The notes under the pieces were generated by a model. The model saw nothing but the letters and a program-made list of their open reading frames with translations. It was not told the DNA's origin and did no database searches. A stretch of 32,000 nt of DNA from Idiomarina loihiensis L2TR (lineage in GTDB: Bacteria > Pseudomonadota > Gammaproteobacteria > Enterobacterales > Alteromonadaceae), in contig NC_006512.1 of assembly GCF_000008465.1 (NCBI RefSeq), positions 2,760,001-2,792,000 of the forward strand. Direction: 5' to 3'. A program made the translations under genes and the position numbers. Positions 8,451 through 17,926 of this stretch are shown here, one piece after another (within the stretch, counting starts at the first letter, position 1; every line of letters starts with the position of its first letter).

Positions 8451-9365
8451 ATGAGTAAATTGCCGAGCCTGAAAAACCTGAGCTACTTACTGGCACTGCA
8501 CCAGGAACAAAACTTTAATCGTGCGGCAGCGGAATGCAATGTCAGCCAGTCGACACTGAGCAGTGGCATTCAAAATTTGGAAGAACAACTCGACTGCCAA
8601 CTTATTGAGCGTGACCATAAATCCTTTCTCTTTACCGCTTTAGGCGAGGAAATTGTGGAGAAAGCGCGGGACATTATCAGCGCCTCAGAAGAATTACTCC
8701 ATTATGCTCAGGGGCAGGGCAATATTATGGAGGGGCCGTTAAGACTCGGCATTATTCCCACCATAGCGCCCTTTGTCATTGGCGAGCTCAGTAAAAACTT
8801 ACAAAACAAGTTTCCTAAACTGCTACTGCAACTCTCTGAAGATACCACGCAAAATTTGTTGCACCGCCTGCGTAACGGCGAACTGGATATTCTTTTGCTG
8901 GCGCTGCCTATGGATATTCAAGGGAATCAGAAGTGGGTACTGGGTCGTGACCCGTTCAAGCTGGTTGTCCACAAAGAATTAGCAGAAACAATAGGCGAGC
9001 CCGTTGATTACGACAAGTTACCTGATCGCAGTATTTTTCTGCTGGAAAAAGAACACTGCATGACCGGCCATGCGGTCGCAGCCTGCCAGCTAACCGACTC
9101 AATTAAGATGAACCCTTTTACAGCAACCAGCCTGCACAGCCTGGTACAAATGGCTGACGCCCGCTTAGGCGCTACCTTTATTCCACAAATGGCCATTGAC
9201 CAGGGCATTTTGGAAAATACCGACCTTGTTTCATTAAAGCCTACCGGGCAGGAAGCCTCCCGCGATATTGGCCTGGTATACCGCCCAACCACCAGCCGCC
9301 GACAAACTTTCCGTAAAATTGCGGAAGAGGTTGCCAGGCTGCTGCCGGTCAATACCCTGAACTAA
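8451..9365 (+). CDS. oxyR: LysR-family hydrogen-peroxide sensor/regulator OxyR
   Basis: N-terminal wHTH (FNRAAAECNVSQSTLS), GPLRLGIIPT, FPKL...LSE, and the redox cysteine pair EKEHC-x8-C with the same 9-residue spacing as E. coli C199/C208, plus IGLVYRP. It is divergent from ahpCD. Confidence 0.85.
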   Translation: MSKLPSLKNLSYLLALHQEQNFNRAAAECNVSQSTLSSGIQNLEEQLDCQLIERDHKSFLFTALGEEIVEKARDIISASEELLHYAQGQGNIMEGPLRLGIIPTIAPFVIGELSKNLQNKFPKLLLQLSEDTTQNLLHRLRNGELDILLLALPMDIQGNQKWVLGRDPFKLVVHKELAETIGEPVDYDKLPDRSIFLLEKEHCMTGHAVAACQLTDSIKMNPFTATSLHSLVQMADARLGATFIPQMAIDQGILENTDLVSLKPTGQEASRDIGLVYRPTTSRRQTFRKIAEEVARLLPVNTLN

Positions 9366-9366
9366 A

Positions 9367-10878
9367 CTAACGACGTCTGGCCGGCGGCAACGGATAACGC
9401 TCGGCCAGACTAATGCTTTCCCCGTCGGGCTTAATGACCCGGGCATGGCGACGGTTCAACCGACGCGGATCGGTGACACCACAAGAGTGCGCAATAATAT
9501 TAACGCCATACTCCATGTATTTGTGGTAGTTGGCGACACGCACCGATTTATCTTCTGGATCAAGCCCTCGCATTAACTTAGGGTCGTCGGTAGTGACTCC
9601 TGTTGGGCAAGTATTTTTATTACACTGCATAGCCTGAATACACCCCAGCGAGAACATAAAACCACGTGCAGAAGTGACAAAGTCGACTCCCATAGCAATG
9701 GCCCAGGCAACATCAGCAGGTGTGATCATTTTACCGGAGACAACCACGCGAATACGGCCGTGCAACCCAGCTTCGGTGAGCTTATCAATAAGCATAGGTA
9801 AGCTTTCAGTCACTCTCAGACCAACATAATCCATTAACGGCTGTGGTGCTGCGCCGGTTCCACCATCAGCGCTGTCCAGCGTAATAAAGTCTGGGGCGTA
9901 TTCTTCTCCACGGGTCAGGATGCAGTCGACCAACTCGTCAATCCAGGACGGGTCACCCATAACAAATTTAAAGCCGGTAGGTTTGCCGGTAATTTTGCGA
10001 ACTTTTTCAATGAAATCGAGCAGCTCTTCATTGTTACTGATTTCCGGATGTCGGTTCGGGCTAATGGCATCTTCGCCCTCCACAAGACCACGAATTTGTG
10101 CAATTTCCTTATTCACTTTTATGCCCGGCAAAATGCCACCTTTACCCGGCTTAGCGCCCTGACTCAGCTTTATTTCAAACATTTTCACATTGTCGTGGCG
10201 GCCCAGCTCAGCAAGCCGATCTTCATCAAGCCGCCCTTCTTTATCCCGTACCCCAAACTTCGCGGTGCCCATTTGGAAAACAATGTCGCAATGTCCCATC
10301 AAGTGGTAAGGCGATAAACCGCCCTCGCCGGTATTCAGCCAGCAGCCGGCCTTCGCCGCCCCCTGAGACAATGACTTAACCGCAACCGGTGACAAGGCAC
10401 CATAGCTCATCCCGGACACATGAAAGTACGAAACCGGAGAATAGGGCTTTTGACAATAAGGACCAATAATAACCGGCTCCGGCGATGTCGCCTGTTCAGC
10501 CATAGGTGGGTAAGGAGCGTTACTAAAAATGATGGTGCCGGTGCGGCTTAAATCTCGGGTGGAGCCGAAAGCCACGTTACGGTCCGCATTTTTTGCGGCA
10601 CGGTAGACCCAGCTTCGTTGGGCACGATTAAATGGCATTTCTTCGCGATCCATAGCAAAGAAATACTGGCGCATGAATTCCCCCATACGCTCGAATAAAT
10701 AGCGAAAGCGCCCCACAACCGGATAGTTATGGCGAATAGTATGCTTATTCTGGGTTTTATCGACGACATACATAACGCCAATAGAAATCACCAGCGTAAT
10801 AATAGCCAAAACAAAAATGGCGGCTAACCACTGCGCTAAAGTAAGTAAGGAATCCGTGCTAAAAACGTTGCCGCTCAT
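9367..10878 (-). CDS. FMN-binding glutamate synthase family protein (GltB domain-2-like, membrane anchored)
   Basis: 503 aa with one N-terminal TM helix followed by a glutamate-synthase FMN/Fe-S central-domain-like sequence (LSQGAKPG.GG.LPG.KV, DGGTGAAP, VSGK...D). Confidence 0.8.
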   Translation of the reverse strand: MSGNVFSTDSLLTLAQWLAAIFVLAIITLVISIGVMYVVDKTQNKHTIRHNYPVVGRFRYLFERMGEFMRQYFFAMDREEMPFNRAQRSWVYRAAKNADRNVAFGSTRDLSRTGTIIFSNAPYPPMAEQATSPEPVIIGPYCQKPYSPVSYFHVSGMSYGALSPVAVKSLSQGAAKAGCWLNTGEGGLSPYHLMGHCDIVFQMGTAKFGVRDKEGRLDEDRLAELGRHDNVKMFEIKLSQGAKPGKGGILPGIKVNKEIAQIRGLVEGEDAISPNRHPEISNNEELLDFIEKVRKITGKPTGFKFVMGDPSWIDELVDCILTRGEEYAPDFITLDSADGGTGAAPQPLMDYVGLRVTESLPMLIDKLTEAGLHGRIRVVVSGKMITPADVAWAIAMGVDFVTSARGFMFSLGCIQAMQCNKNTCPTGVTTDDPKLMRGLDPEDKSVRVANYHKYMEYGVNIIAHSCGVTDPRRLNRRHARVIKPDGESISLAERYPLPPARRR

Positions 10879-11009
10879 GGGTACCTAATACATTTCTAGT
10901 AATTGATAAGAGTATTAACGGTTAAAGCGACAAACAGATCAAGCACAGTGTCATCAAAATTTTGAAGAATGACGTATACTCTAAATAATTCAATAACAAG
11001 GAGAGACCT

Positions 11010-12143
11010 ATGTTCAATCCAAAGTTTGTTTTAACGGCAATATTGGCAGCTTCCGTAAGCGTGACGGCCACAGCCGAAGATGTCGAAACCGAACGCCATA
11101 AAGTTAGTGTCAGCACACTTGCGGATGGCTTTACTAACCCCTGGGGTATGACTTTTCTTCCTGACAAAAGCATTTTAGTTACCGAGCGCTCCGGCGACAT
11201 CTACTGGGTATCCGCCGACGGCAGTTATCGCGAAAAGATAAGCGGAACACCAGAGGTGGTAGCACAAGGCCAGGGTGGTATGCTGGATATTACCACTGAC
11301 CCTGACTTTGCTGAGAATAACTGGGTTTATATTAGCTACTCTGAAGCAGCACAGGACGGTGGGAAAGGGAATAGTACGGCCGTTATGCGGGCGAAACTTG
11401 ACGATAAAGAATTTACTGAGCAGGAAGTTGTTTTCCGTCAGGCACCTAAGTATGAAAGCAATAACCACTTTGGTTCCCGGTTAGTCTTTTCACCTGAAGG
11501 GCACTTATACATTACTTTAGGTGACCGCTATTCACGTATGGATGACGCACAGACACTGGATAACCATCACGGTAAAGTGATACGCATATGGCCTGATGGC
11601 AGCATCCCGAAAGACAACCCTTTTGTTAACAATGATAACGCTCTGGACGAAATCTGGTCTTACGGTCACCGCAATGTGCAGGGTGCCGATATTCATCCTG
11701 AAACGGGCGAGCTCTGGACTGTTGAACATGGCCCACAAGGCGGTGACGAAGTAAACATTCCGGAAGCTGGCAAAAATTACGGTTGGCCAGAAATTACTTA
11801 TGGTGTTGATTATGGCGGTGGCATTATCAGCGAAGACGCAGTCAAAGAAGGTATGGAGCAACCCTTCTATTACTGGGTACCCTCTATTGCCACGGCCGGA
11901 GCCACATTTTACAACGGCGATGCGTTTCCTGAGTGGAAAGGCGATTTCTTTGTCGCAGCTTTGAAAAGTTCACTGGTTGCTCGCCTGGACTTGTATGAAG
12001 GTCGTATGATGCATGAAGAGCGTTTATTTGAAGATGCTGTTGAAGCTCGTATTCGCGACATTAACCAAGGCCCTGACGGTTACCTCTATTTATTAACCGA
12101 CCAGCCTGACGGTGCCATCATTCAAATAAAACCGGCGGATTAA
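11010..12143 (+). CDS. yliI: Periplasmic PQQ-dependent aldose/sugar dehydrogenase (YliI/Asd type)
   Basis: Signal peptide (..SVSVTATA/ED). Colinear blocks match recalled E. coli YliI: PWGMTFLPD, GQGGMLD, NHFGSRLVF, IWSYGHRN.QG, EHGPQGGDE.N, GKNYGWP, IRD...GPDGYLYLLTD. AAGGAGAG SD upstream. Confidence 0.85.
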   Translation: MFNPKFVLTAILAASVSVTATAEDVETERHKVSVSTLADGFTNPWGMTFLPDKSILVTERSGDIYWVSADGSYREKISGTPEVVAQGQGGMLDITTDPDFAENNWVYISYSEAAQDGGKGNSTAVMRAKLDDKEFTEQEVVFRQAPKYESNNHFGSRLVFSPEGHLYITLGDRYSRMDDAQTLDNHHGKVIRIWPDGSIPKDNPFVNNDNALDEIWSYGHRNVQGADIHPETGELWTVEHGPQGGDEVNIPEAGKNYGWPEITYGVDYGGGIISEDAVKEGMEQPFYYWVPSIATAGATFYNGDAFPEWKGDFFVAALKSSLVARLDLYEGRMMHEERLFEDAVEARIRDINQGPDGYLYLLTDQPDGAIIQIKPAD

Positions 12144-12144
12144 T

Positions 12145-14178
12145 ATGTTGTACTCAGCTGTATTAAGAAAACTCACTTACACGGGGCTGCCTTTATTGGC
12201 GGCCTCTTTCGTTGTTCACTCCGCAGAAGTAGATGAAACCGTTGTTGTTACAGCGACACAAAGCGAGACGCCCTGGTTGACTACTGCGGCCAGTATCGAC
12301 CGCGTGAGCGTGGAAAACACCTTACCTTCTATGAAGATTGATGCTGGCGATGCCTTAGCCGGGGTGGCGGGCATTCAGGCTGACAACCGTTACAACTACG
12401 CACAGGATACACGCCTGGTGGTTCGGGGCTTTGGCTCGCGTGCGGCCTTTGGAGTAAGGGGTTTGCAGTTAAATGTCGACGGCATTCCGTTATCTATGCC
12501 CGACGGACAGGCACAAACTTCGAGCATTTTTCTCGACAGCATTGATTCGCTGGAAGTATTGCGCGGTCCATTAGCAACGCTGTACGGTAACTCCGGCGGT
12601 GGTGTGGTTGAATGGTTCAGCCGCAAGCCAACAGAAACCGCGTTGGAATGGGGTGGACAGTTCAGCGAAAATGACACTCAGCGGTACAATATTAATGCCC
12701 AGTGGGCAACCAACACCAATCAGCTGCAAATTTTAGCCTCAGATTTTCAGACCGACGGCCCGCGCAGGCATAACTCAGCCGAGCGCCAACAGCAGGCGAT
12801 ACGCTGGTATCATCAGTGGGACGAGCAGAACCGCTTTGTTATTCGTTACGACAATAACGATGCGCCATTATTGCAAGACCCCAGCGCACTAACGCCCGAA
12901 GACTGGCGCGAAGACCCAACTCAGACAGTACAACGGGCAATTGATTTCAACACGCGGAAAGATATTCACCACCGTCAGGGGTCTTTCAGCTGGTTTCATG
13001 AGAGCAACAATGGTGAGGGGTTACTCTCGCTGTGGCAGGGTGACCGCGATATAGAGCAGTTTCTGCCTTTTGCCGGTGACGACACAACAAGCTCGGGGGC
13101 CGTCATTGATGTCTCTCGTCAATTTGAAGGTGCTCATGCGCGCTGGCGTCAACGCGGAGTTAACTGGTCAGCAACCGTGGGAGCGCAATTAGAACGCCAG
13201 CAGGATCATCGCTTTGGTTATGTGAATGACAGCGGTGAAAAAGGTGACTTGCGCCGCAACGAATTCAACTGGATTGAAAATGCATCAGCTTATCTACGTT
13301 TTCAGTGGCAGTTATCGGAAGAGCTTTCAGCAACCGGCGGAGTTCGTTACAGCGACATCAATTATGAGGTAGAAGACTACTTTACCGATCTGGATAACTC
13401 CGATGACAGCGGCAGCAGCGACTTTAGTGAGACCACCGCAGCTGTTTCAGTTACCTGGCAGTTTCTGCCTACCTCGGCGACTTATCTGAGCATCGGGCAG
13501 GGATTTGAAACACCGACACTGACTGAGCTGGCATACCGAAATCAGGGCTCGGGCCTGAACCGCGAACTGGGTCCGTCCACGAATGATCAGTGGGAATGGG
13601 GTATCAAACACCAACTACCACAAGACTGGCGACTGCATTTCGCGTTCTTCGGTATTAAAAGCGAGGACGAAATACTGGTGGATCAGTCAAACGACGGTCG
13701 CACAACCTACCGCAACGCGTCGGAAACCTCGCGCGAAGGTGCTGAGCTCAGTATTAACGGCGCACTGACCCAGCAGTTAGATTTACTACTGTCATACAGT
13801 TACATCGATGCCACCTTTGATAATGGTCCGTTACAGGGGAATCAGTTGCCCGGCGTAGCAAAAAGTCAGGGCTATCTGCGTCTTAACTGGCAACCCACAG
13901 AGCAGTGGCTAGTTCAGTTAGCCGGCCAGTACCGTAACGAGACACCGGTTAATGATGCAAATGATACCTTTGCCCCGTCTTACACGACCTGGGATATTGC
14001 TGTAAGCCGCGATTGGCAATGGGCTAAGAGCGAGCTGGATGTGTGGGTACGGGTTGATAACATTACCGACAAAGACTACGTAGGAGCTGTTGTGGTTAAT
14101 CAGGGCAGTGGACGTTCATTTGAGCCCGCCGTAGGCCGGCAGGCAAGCGTCGGCATTAGCTGGCGCCGACGCTTTTAA
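12145..14178 (+). CDS. TonB-dependent receptor, YncD/PqqU-like (candidate PQQ importer)
   Basis: Signal peptide, plug domain and a beta-barrel ending in an aromatic residue (..ISWRRRF). Blocks NYAQD..L.VRGFGSR...G.RG..L.VDGIP..MPDGQ.QTS and DN..DK.YVG.V.VN...GR..EP..GR resemble my recollection of E. coli YncD. The ATG lies 1 nt after the dehydrogenase stop. Confidence 0.8.
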   Translation: MLYSAVLRKLTYTGLPLLAASFVVHSAEVDETVVVTATQSETPWLTTAASIDRVSVENTLPSMKIDAGDALAGVAGIQADNRYNYAQDTRLVVRGFGSRAAFGVRGLQLNVDGIPLSMPDGQAQTSSIFLDSIDSLEVLRGPLATLYGNSGGGVVEWFSRKPTETALEWGGQFSENDTQRYNINAQWATNTNQLQILASDFQTDGPRRHNSAERQQQAIRWYHQWDEQNRFVIRYDNNDAPLLQDPSALTPEDWREDPTQTVQRAIDFNTRKDIHHRQGSFSWFHESNNGEGLLSLWQGDRDIEQFLPFAGDDTTSSGAVIDVSRQFEGAHARWRQRGVNWSATVGAQLERQQDHRFGYVNDSGEKGDLRRNEFNWIENASAYLRFQWQLSEELSATGGVRYSDINYEVEDYFTDLDNSDDSGSSDFSETTAAVSVTWQFLPTSATYLSIGQGFETPTLTELAYRNQGSGLNRELGPSTNDQWEWGIKHQLPQDWRLHFAFFGIKSEDEILVDQSNDGRTTYRNASETSREGAELSINGALTQQLDLLLSYSYIDATFDNGPLQGNQLPGVAKSQGYLRLNWQPTEQWLVQLAGQYRNETPVNDANDTFAPSYTTWDIAVSRDWQWAKSELDVWVRVDNITDKDYVGAVVVNQGSGRSFEPAVGRQASVGISWRRRF

Positions 14179-14183
14179 GCCAA

Positions 14184-14870
14184 TTACAGGCTGGCTCTTA
14201 ACACATCGAGCAGGCGCTGTGCCGTCTGCTCAGATGAACCGGGATTCTGACCGGTAATTAACATACCGTCCTGAACGGCATATGCCTGCCAGTCATCCAC
14301 CTTACGATAATGGCCGCCTTTGGCGGTCAACTCGTCTTCCAGCAAGAACGGAACTACATTGGTCAGTTCTACTGCAGCCTCTTCGCTGTTACTAAAGCCA
14401 GTTACCGTGCGTCCCTGAACAATCGGGTCACCACTTGGCGATTTAGCATTTAACAACACGGCTGGGGCATGACAGACCGCAGCAACGGGTTTACCCTGAC
14501 TCCAGAAATGCTCAATCAGCTTAATTGAATGCTCGTTATTGGTTAAATCCCACAATGGTCCGTGACCACCCGGATAGAAAATTGCGTCGAAACCTTCCGG
14601 ATCAACTTCATCCAGCTTACAGGTCGTTTCTAATTTGTGCTGAGCCGTCTCATCTTTATCAAAGCGTTCTGTTGCTTCGGTTTGTGCATCTGGTGTGGTG
14701 CTGTTTGGATCAATCGGTGGCTTGCCACCCTTAGGCGATGCCAGAGTCACGTCCACACCGGAATCCGTAAAAACATAGTACGGAGCAGCAAACTCTTCTA
14801 CCCAGAAACCCGTTTTATGGTCTGTGTCACCAAGCTTATCGTGTGAGGTTAATACCATTAATACTTTCAC
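14184..14870 (-). CDS. DJ-1/PfpI family (class I glutamine amidotransferase-like) protein
   Basis: 228 aa with the nucleophile elbow AAVCHAP and the YPGGHG block. GTG start at 14870 with AGGAG 7 nt upstream. Confidence 0.8.
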   Translation of the reverse strand: MKVLMVLTSHDKLGDTDHKTGFWVEEFAAPYYVFTDSGVDVTLASPKGGKPPIDPNSTTPDAQTEATERFDKDETAQHKLETTCKLDEVDPEGFDAIFYPGGHGPLWDLTNNEHSIKLIEHFWSQGKPVAAVCHAPAVLLNAKSPSGDPIVQGRTVTGFSNSEEAAVELTNVVPFLLEDELTAKGGHYRKVDDWQAYAVQDGMLITGQNPGSSEQTAQRLLDVLRASL

Positions 14871-14933
14871 TTAGTACTCCTGTTAAATGATTCAAAAACT
14901 TAGTATAGACTACGTGCCTAAACGCGCGTTTGA

Positions 14934-16274
14934 TCACTCGCCATGCTGTTCCAGCCAACGGTATAGAGTGCGCCTTGTGACTCCGAGAATTTCTGCCGCT
15001 TTAGATTTATTCCCTTCGGCATGCGTCAATACCTTACGAATGTACTGATTCTGATATTCATCCAGAGTCGGCCACTCGGTGCCATAATCCACGTCGGGTT
15101 CATGCTCACTATCCAAAATTCTTTGCGGTAAATCTTCAACCGCTATTTTATCGTCTCTGGAGAAAGTAAAGGCACGTTCAATAGCATTCTGTAATTCACG
15201 TACGTTGCCCGGAAAGCGATAGCAATAAAGCTGCTCCAGTGCAGCCGGAGAAATGCTGCGAACCGGTTTATCACTGTTTTTCTGCAGCTGCTGTAGGAAA
15301 AAATTAGCTAAACGCTCAATATCTTCTCCCCGTTCCCGCAGCGGTGGTACTCGTAAACTAAAGGTTTCCAGACGGTAAAATAAATCCTGCCGGAAGCGCC
15401 CATCTTCTACCTGTTGCTCTAAGTTCTGGTGGGTTGCAGCCAGGATCCGGACATTCACCGTTTCTTCTTCGTCGCTGCCCACGGCGCGAATCGTGCCTTC
15501 CTGCAATACACGTAGCAGTTTAGCCTGTAACGCCATTGGCATTTCACCAATTTCGTCCAGCAACAAAGTACCGCCGTCGGCCTGCTTAAGCAGGCCCTGA
15601 CGCTTTTTCTGAGCACCGGTAAATGCGCCAGCTGTGTGACCAAAGAATTCGCTTTCCATTAACTCGGCTGGAATGCCCGCACAGTTCACCGCCTGGAAGC
15701 TCTGCTCAGCGCGGTCACTTAACTGATGCAGTGCCTTTGCCACCAACTCTTTACCCGTACCGCTTTCACCGGTAATTAAGACGCTGCCGTCTGCCGGAGC
15801 TATGCGCTCTATCTGGTCATACAGTTTACGCATTGACGGGCTTTGGCCGACTAAGCCCCCGGGGCCCTTTTGTTGCTGACGATACCGTTTAAGCTCACGC
15901 TGCAGTGACCGATGTTCTAATATCCGTTTTACGCTAAGCAATAGGTGTTCAACATCCAGCGGCTTGGTTAGAAAGTCATCGGCTCCTTGTTTTAAAGCAT
16001 CAACCGCCTGATCAACCGTACCAAATGCGGTAATCAATAACAGCGCAGGGGAGTTCTCTTCATTTTTTAAACTTTCCAGTAAAGACAAGCCTGACAATCC
16101 CGGTAAGCGAATATCGCTGATAACCAAATCCAATGGCGTTACCGATTTTTTAAAGGCTTCAATACTTCCCCACGCGGTGACTTTATAGCCCTCGGCCTCC
16201 AGCTCTTCAACCAGCAACTCCTGCAGAGCCGGATCATCCTCAATAACGCCTATCATGGCTTTTGCTGCGGTCAT
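14934..16274 (-). CDS. Sigma-54-dependent response regulator (NtrC/ZraR class)
   Basis: Receiver domain (DLVISDIRLPG), AAA+ Walker A GESGTGKE, sigma-54 contact loop GAFTGA, and a C-terminal Fis-type HTH (AAEILGVTRRTLYRWL). Its ATG overlaps the kinase stop (ATGA). Confidence 0.9.
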   Translation of the reverse strand: MTAAKAMIGVIEDDPALQELLVEELEAEGYKVTAWGSIEAFKKSVTPLDLVISDIRLPGLSGLSLLESLKNEENSPALLLITAFGTVDQAVDALKQGADDFLTKPLDVEHLLLSVKRILEHRSLQRELKRYRQQQKGPGGLVGQSPSMRKLYDQIERIAPADGSVLITGESGTGKELVAKALHQLSDRAEQSFQAVNCAGIPAELMESEFFGHTAGAFTGAQKKRQGLLKQADGGTLLLDEIGEMPMALQAKLLRVLQEGTIRAVGSDEEETVNVRILAATHQNLEQQVEDGRFRQDLFYRLETFSLRVPPLRERGEDIERLANFFLQQLQKNSDKPVRSISPAALEQLYCYRFPGNVRELQNAIERAFTFSRDDKIAVEDLPQRILDSEHEPDVDYGTEWPTLDEYQNQYIRKVLTHAEGNKSKAAEILGVTRRTLYRWLEQHGE

Positions 16275-17758
16275 TCACTACCTCCTTTAATAACGGCTTG
16301 CCGAAGGCATTGCGCAGGTAAACTCAAGGTAACCCGACAGCCACCATTGGGGTTGTTTGTTAAAGACAACTCTCCGTTATGGTCATTCAATACGTGTTTC
16401 ACTATGGTTAAACCAAGCCCGGTGCCTTTTCCCTGAGGTTTATTAGTTTCAAAAGGCTGCAAAGCTTTATCTTTCATAGACTCGGGCAACCCCTCACCGT
16501 CGTCATCAACGGTGATAATGACACCTTCACCGGCGTACTCAGCTGCCACCACAACTTCCGATTCAGCTGCCTGCAAACCATTGCGAAGAACATTAACCAA
16601 CGCCAGTTCCAGTCGCTTGACATCTACTTTCAGAATAACGTCGACAAGTTCCTTAATCACCACTTTGGCCGAGCCTTTATCCTGCTCAAACTCTATGCTG
16701 GTCATGGCTGTTGCTATCAGGTCACGTAAAGAAATAGCTTCGCGCTGCTGTACCGGCGTGCGGGAGAAGGCCAACAGCTGGTTTACCAGCCCGGTTAACC
16801 GCTGCACCTGGCCTCTTACCGCTTTTAGCTGGCGCTGACTGTCTTCGTCTTTATGGTTGCGTAATAAGCGGCTGGCGCGTCCGTCAATAACGGTAAGCGG
16901 AGCACCTAGCTCGTGCGCAACACCACTAGCAACGCTACCAATAGCCGCCATTTTTTCCTGTTCTCGCAAAGCTTGCTGCAGAGAGGCCTCGTGCTCTCGG
17001 CGCTGCTCCAGCTCTTGCTCAGCCTCGGTGATACTATCGAGCATTCGGTTGAAACCCTGAGCAACCTCCTGCAACTCTGACGGGCCAGCCGGTGTAACCC
17101 GTGTACTTCGGTGCCCTTCAGCTACCCGCAACATGGCATCCTTAAGTGCCACCACATGCCGTCCAACACCGCGGTAATGACCAAACACCAGCACCGCAAT
17201 AGTAATTAAACCAAACGCCCCCCAACTGAGCCAGGCGTATTGGCTTAACGTTTCAAAGGACTCATCAAAATCGCTGGCCCGCCGGTTTATCTGTAATAAA
17301 CCAATAATGCGACCACCGCGATCAACAATAGGCAGGAATTGAGAGAAGACATCACGTCCCTCAACCCGTCGGTAATCGTCTTGCTTTATTCCGGTCTGAA
17401 CGGTTTGCAGTGCTAGCTGACTATTGCTTAAGTCGGTTTCAGTAATGCCCGCTTCCGCTACCTGCTGGCCATACACATTATAAACCGACGCACCATAAAC
17501 CCGACCAATATTAAACACCGAATCCAGGTTAGCCTGTACTGTGGACAAATCGTTATTCAACAAGGCGTCACTTATAGGCAAGCTAATGGCTCGGCCGAGA
17601 AGCTCTAAGTCACTTTTTAGCCGTTCATTGGCCTCATCAGAGGCAACCTGTAACCCCACGCTTATTGCCACGCCGGAAATTAACAACATAGGCATAACGA
17701 CATAAACCAGAAGCCGCCTTTGCAGACTGGATAGTGGCCAACTGTATCTTTTTGTCAC
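16271..17758 (-). CDS. Sensor histidine kinase (two TM helices, periplasmic domain, HAMP, HisKA, HATPase)
   Basis: 495 aa with the H-box VAHELGAPLTVI and the G-boxes DDDGEGL and GTGLGL. GTG start at 17758 with AGGAGG 4 nt upstream. Confidence 0.9.
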   Translation of the reverse strand: MTKRYSWPLSSLQRRLLVYVVMPMLLISGVAISVGLQVASDEANERLKSDLELLGRAISLPISDALLNNDLSTVQANLDSVFNIGRVYGASVYNVYGQQVAEAGITETDLSNSQLALQTVQTGIKQDDYRRVEGRDVFSQFLPIVDRGGRIIGLLQINRRASDFDESFETLSQYAWLSWGAFGLITIAVLVFGHYRGVGRHVVALKDAMLRVAEGHRSTRVTPAGPSELQEVAQGFNRMLDSITEAEQELEQRREHEASLQQALREQEKMAAIGSVASGVAHELGAPLTVIDGRASRLLRNHKDEDSQRQLKAVRGQVQRLTGLVNQLLAFSRTPVQQREAISLRDLIATAMTSIEFEQDKGSAKVVIKELVDVILKVDVKRLELALVNVLRNGLQAAESEVVVAAEYAGEGVIITVDDDGEGLPESMKDKALQPFETNKPQGKGTGLGLTIVKHVLNDHNGELSLTNNPNGGCRVTLSLPAQCLRQAVIKGGSE

Positions 17759-17773
17759 ACGACCTCCTTTAAC

Positions 17774-17792
17774 TGTGTACTAAGGATACACA
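17774..17792. promoter_or_regulatory. Inverted repeat TGTGTA-N7-TACACA, candidate enhancer (UAS) for the sigma-54 activator
   Basis: Perfect 6-bp arms centred about 82 bp upstream of the -24 GG of the sigma-54 promoter, in the divergent intergenic region. The function is an inference. Confidence 0.3.
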
Positions 17793-17863
17793 TTTTTTAG
17801 TTGGTTTTCTCGGCGCAAACTTCGCAAGAACAAAAAGCTATAAAAATCAGTTAATTGAAAAGT

Positions 17864-17879
17864 TGGCACAGTCTTCGCT
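17864..17879 (+). promoter_or_regulatory. Sigma-54 (-24/-12) promoter TGGCAC-AGTCT-TCGCT
   Basis: GG (17865-17866) and GC (17877-17878) have the canonical spacing of TGGCAC-N5-TTGCW. The site is about 48 nt upstream of the DUF4168 ATG and next to a sigma-54-dependent regulator gene. Confidence 0.7.
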
Positions 17880-17926
17880 TTAGTTAGAGCGTAAGTAAAA
17901 CTGATAAATTCATCTAGGAGATTATC

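Noticed and set aside
10922-11200. 92-aa minus-strand ORF spanning the promoter and start of the PQQ dehydrogenase gene
   Set aside because: It overlaps the well-supported yliI-type gene and its SD, has no SD of its own, and its translation has no recognisable features.
14920-14931. 12-bp perfect palindrome AAACGCGCGTTT right after the response-regulator stop, considered as a terminator
   Set aside because: The stem has no loop nucleotides, is very short, and is followed by no U-tract on the transcribed strand. It is not a convincing intrinsic terminator.
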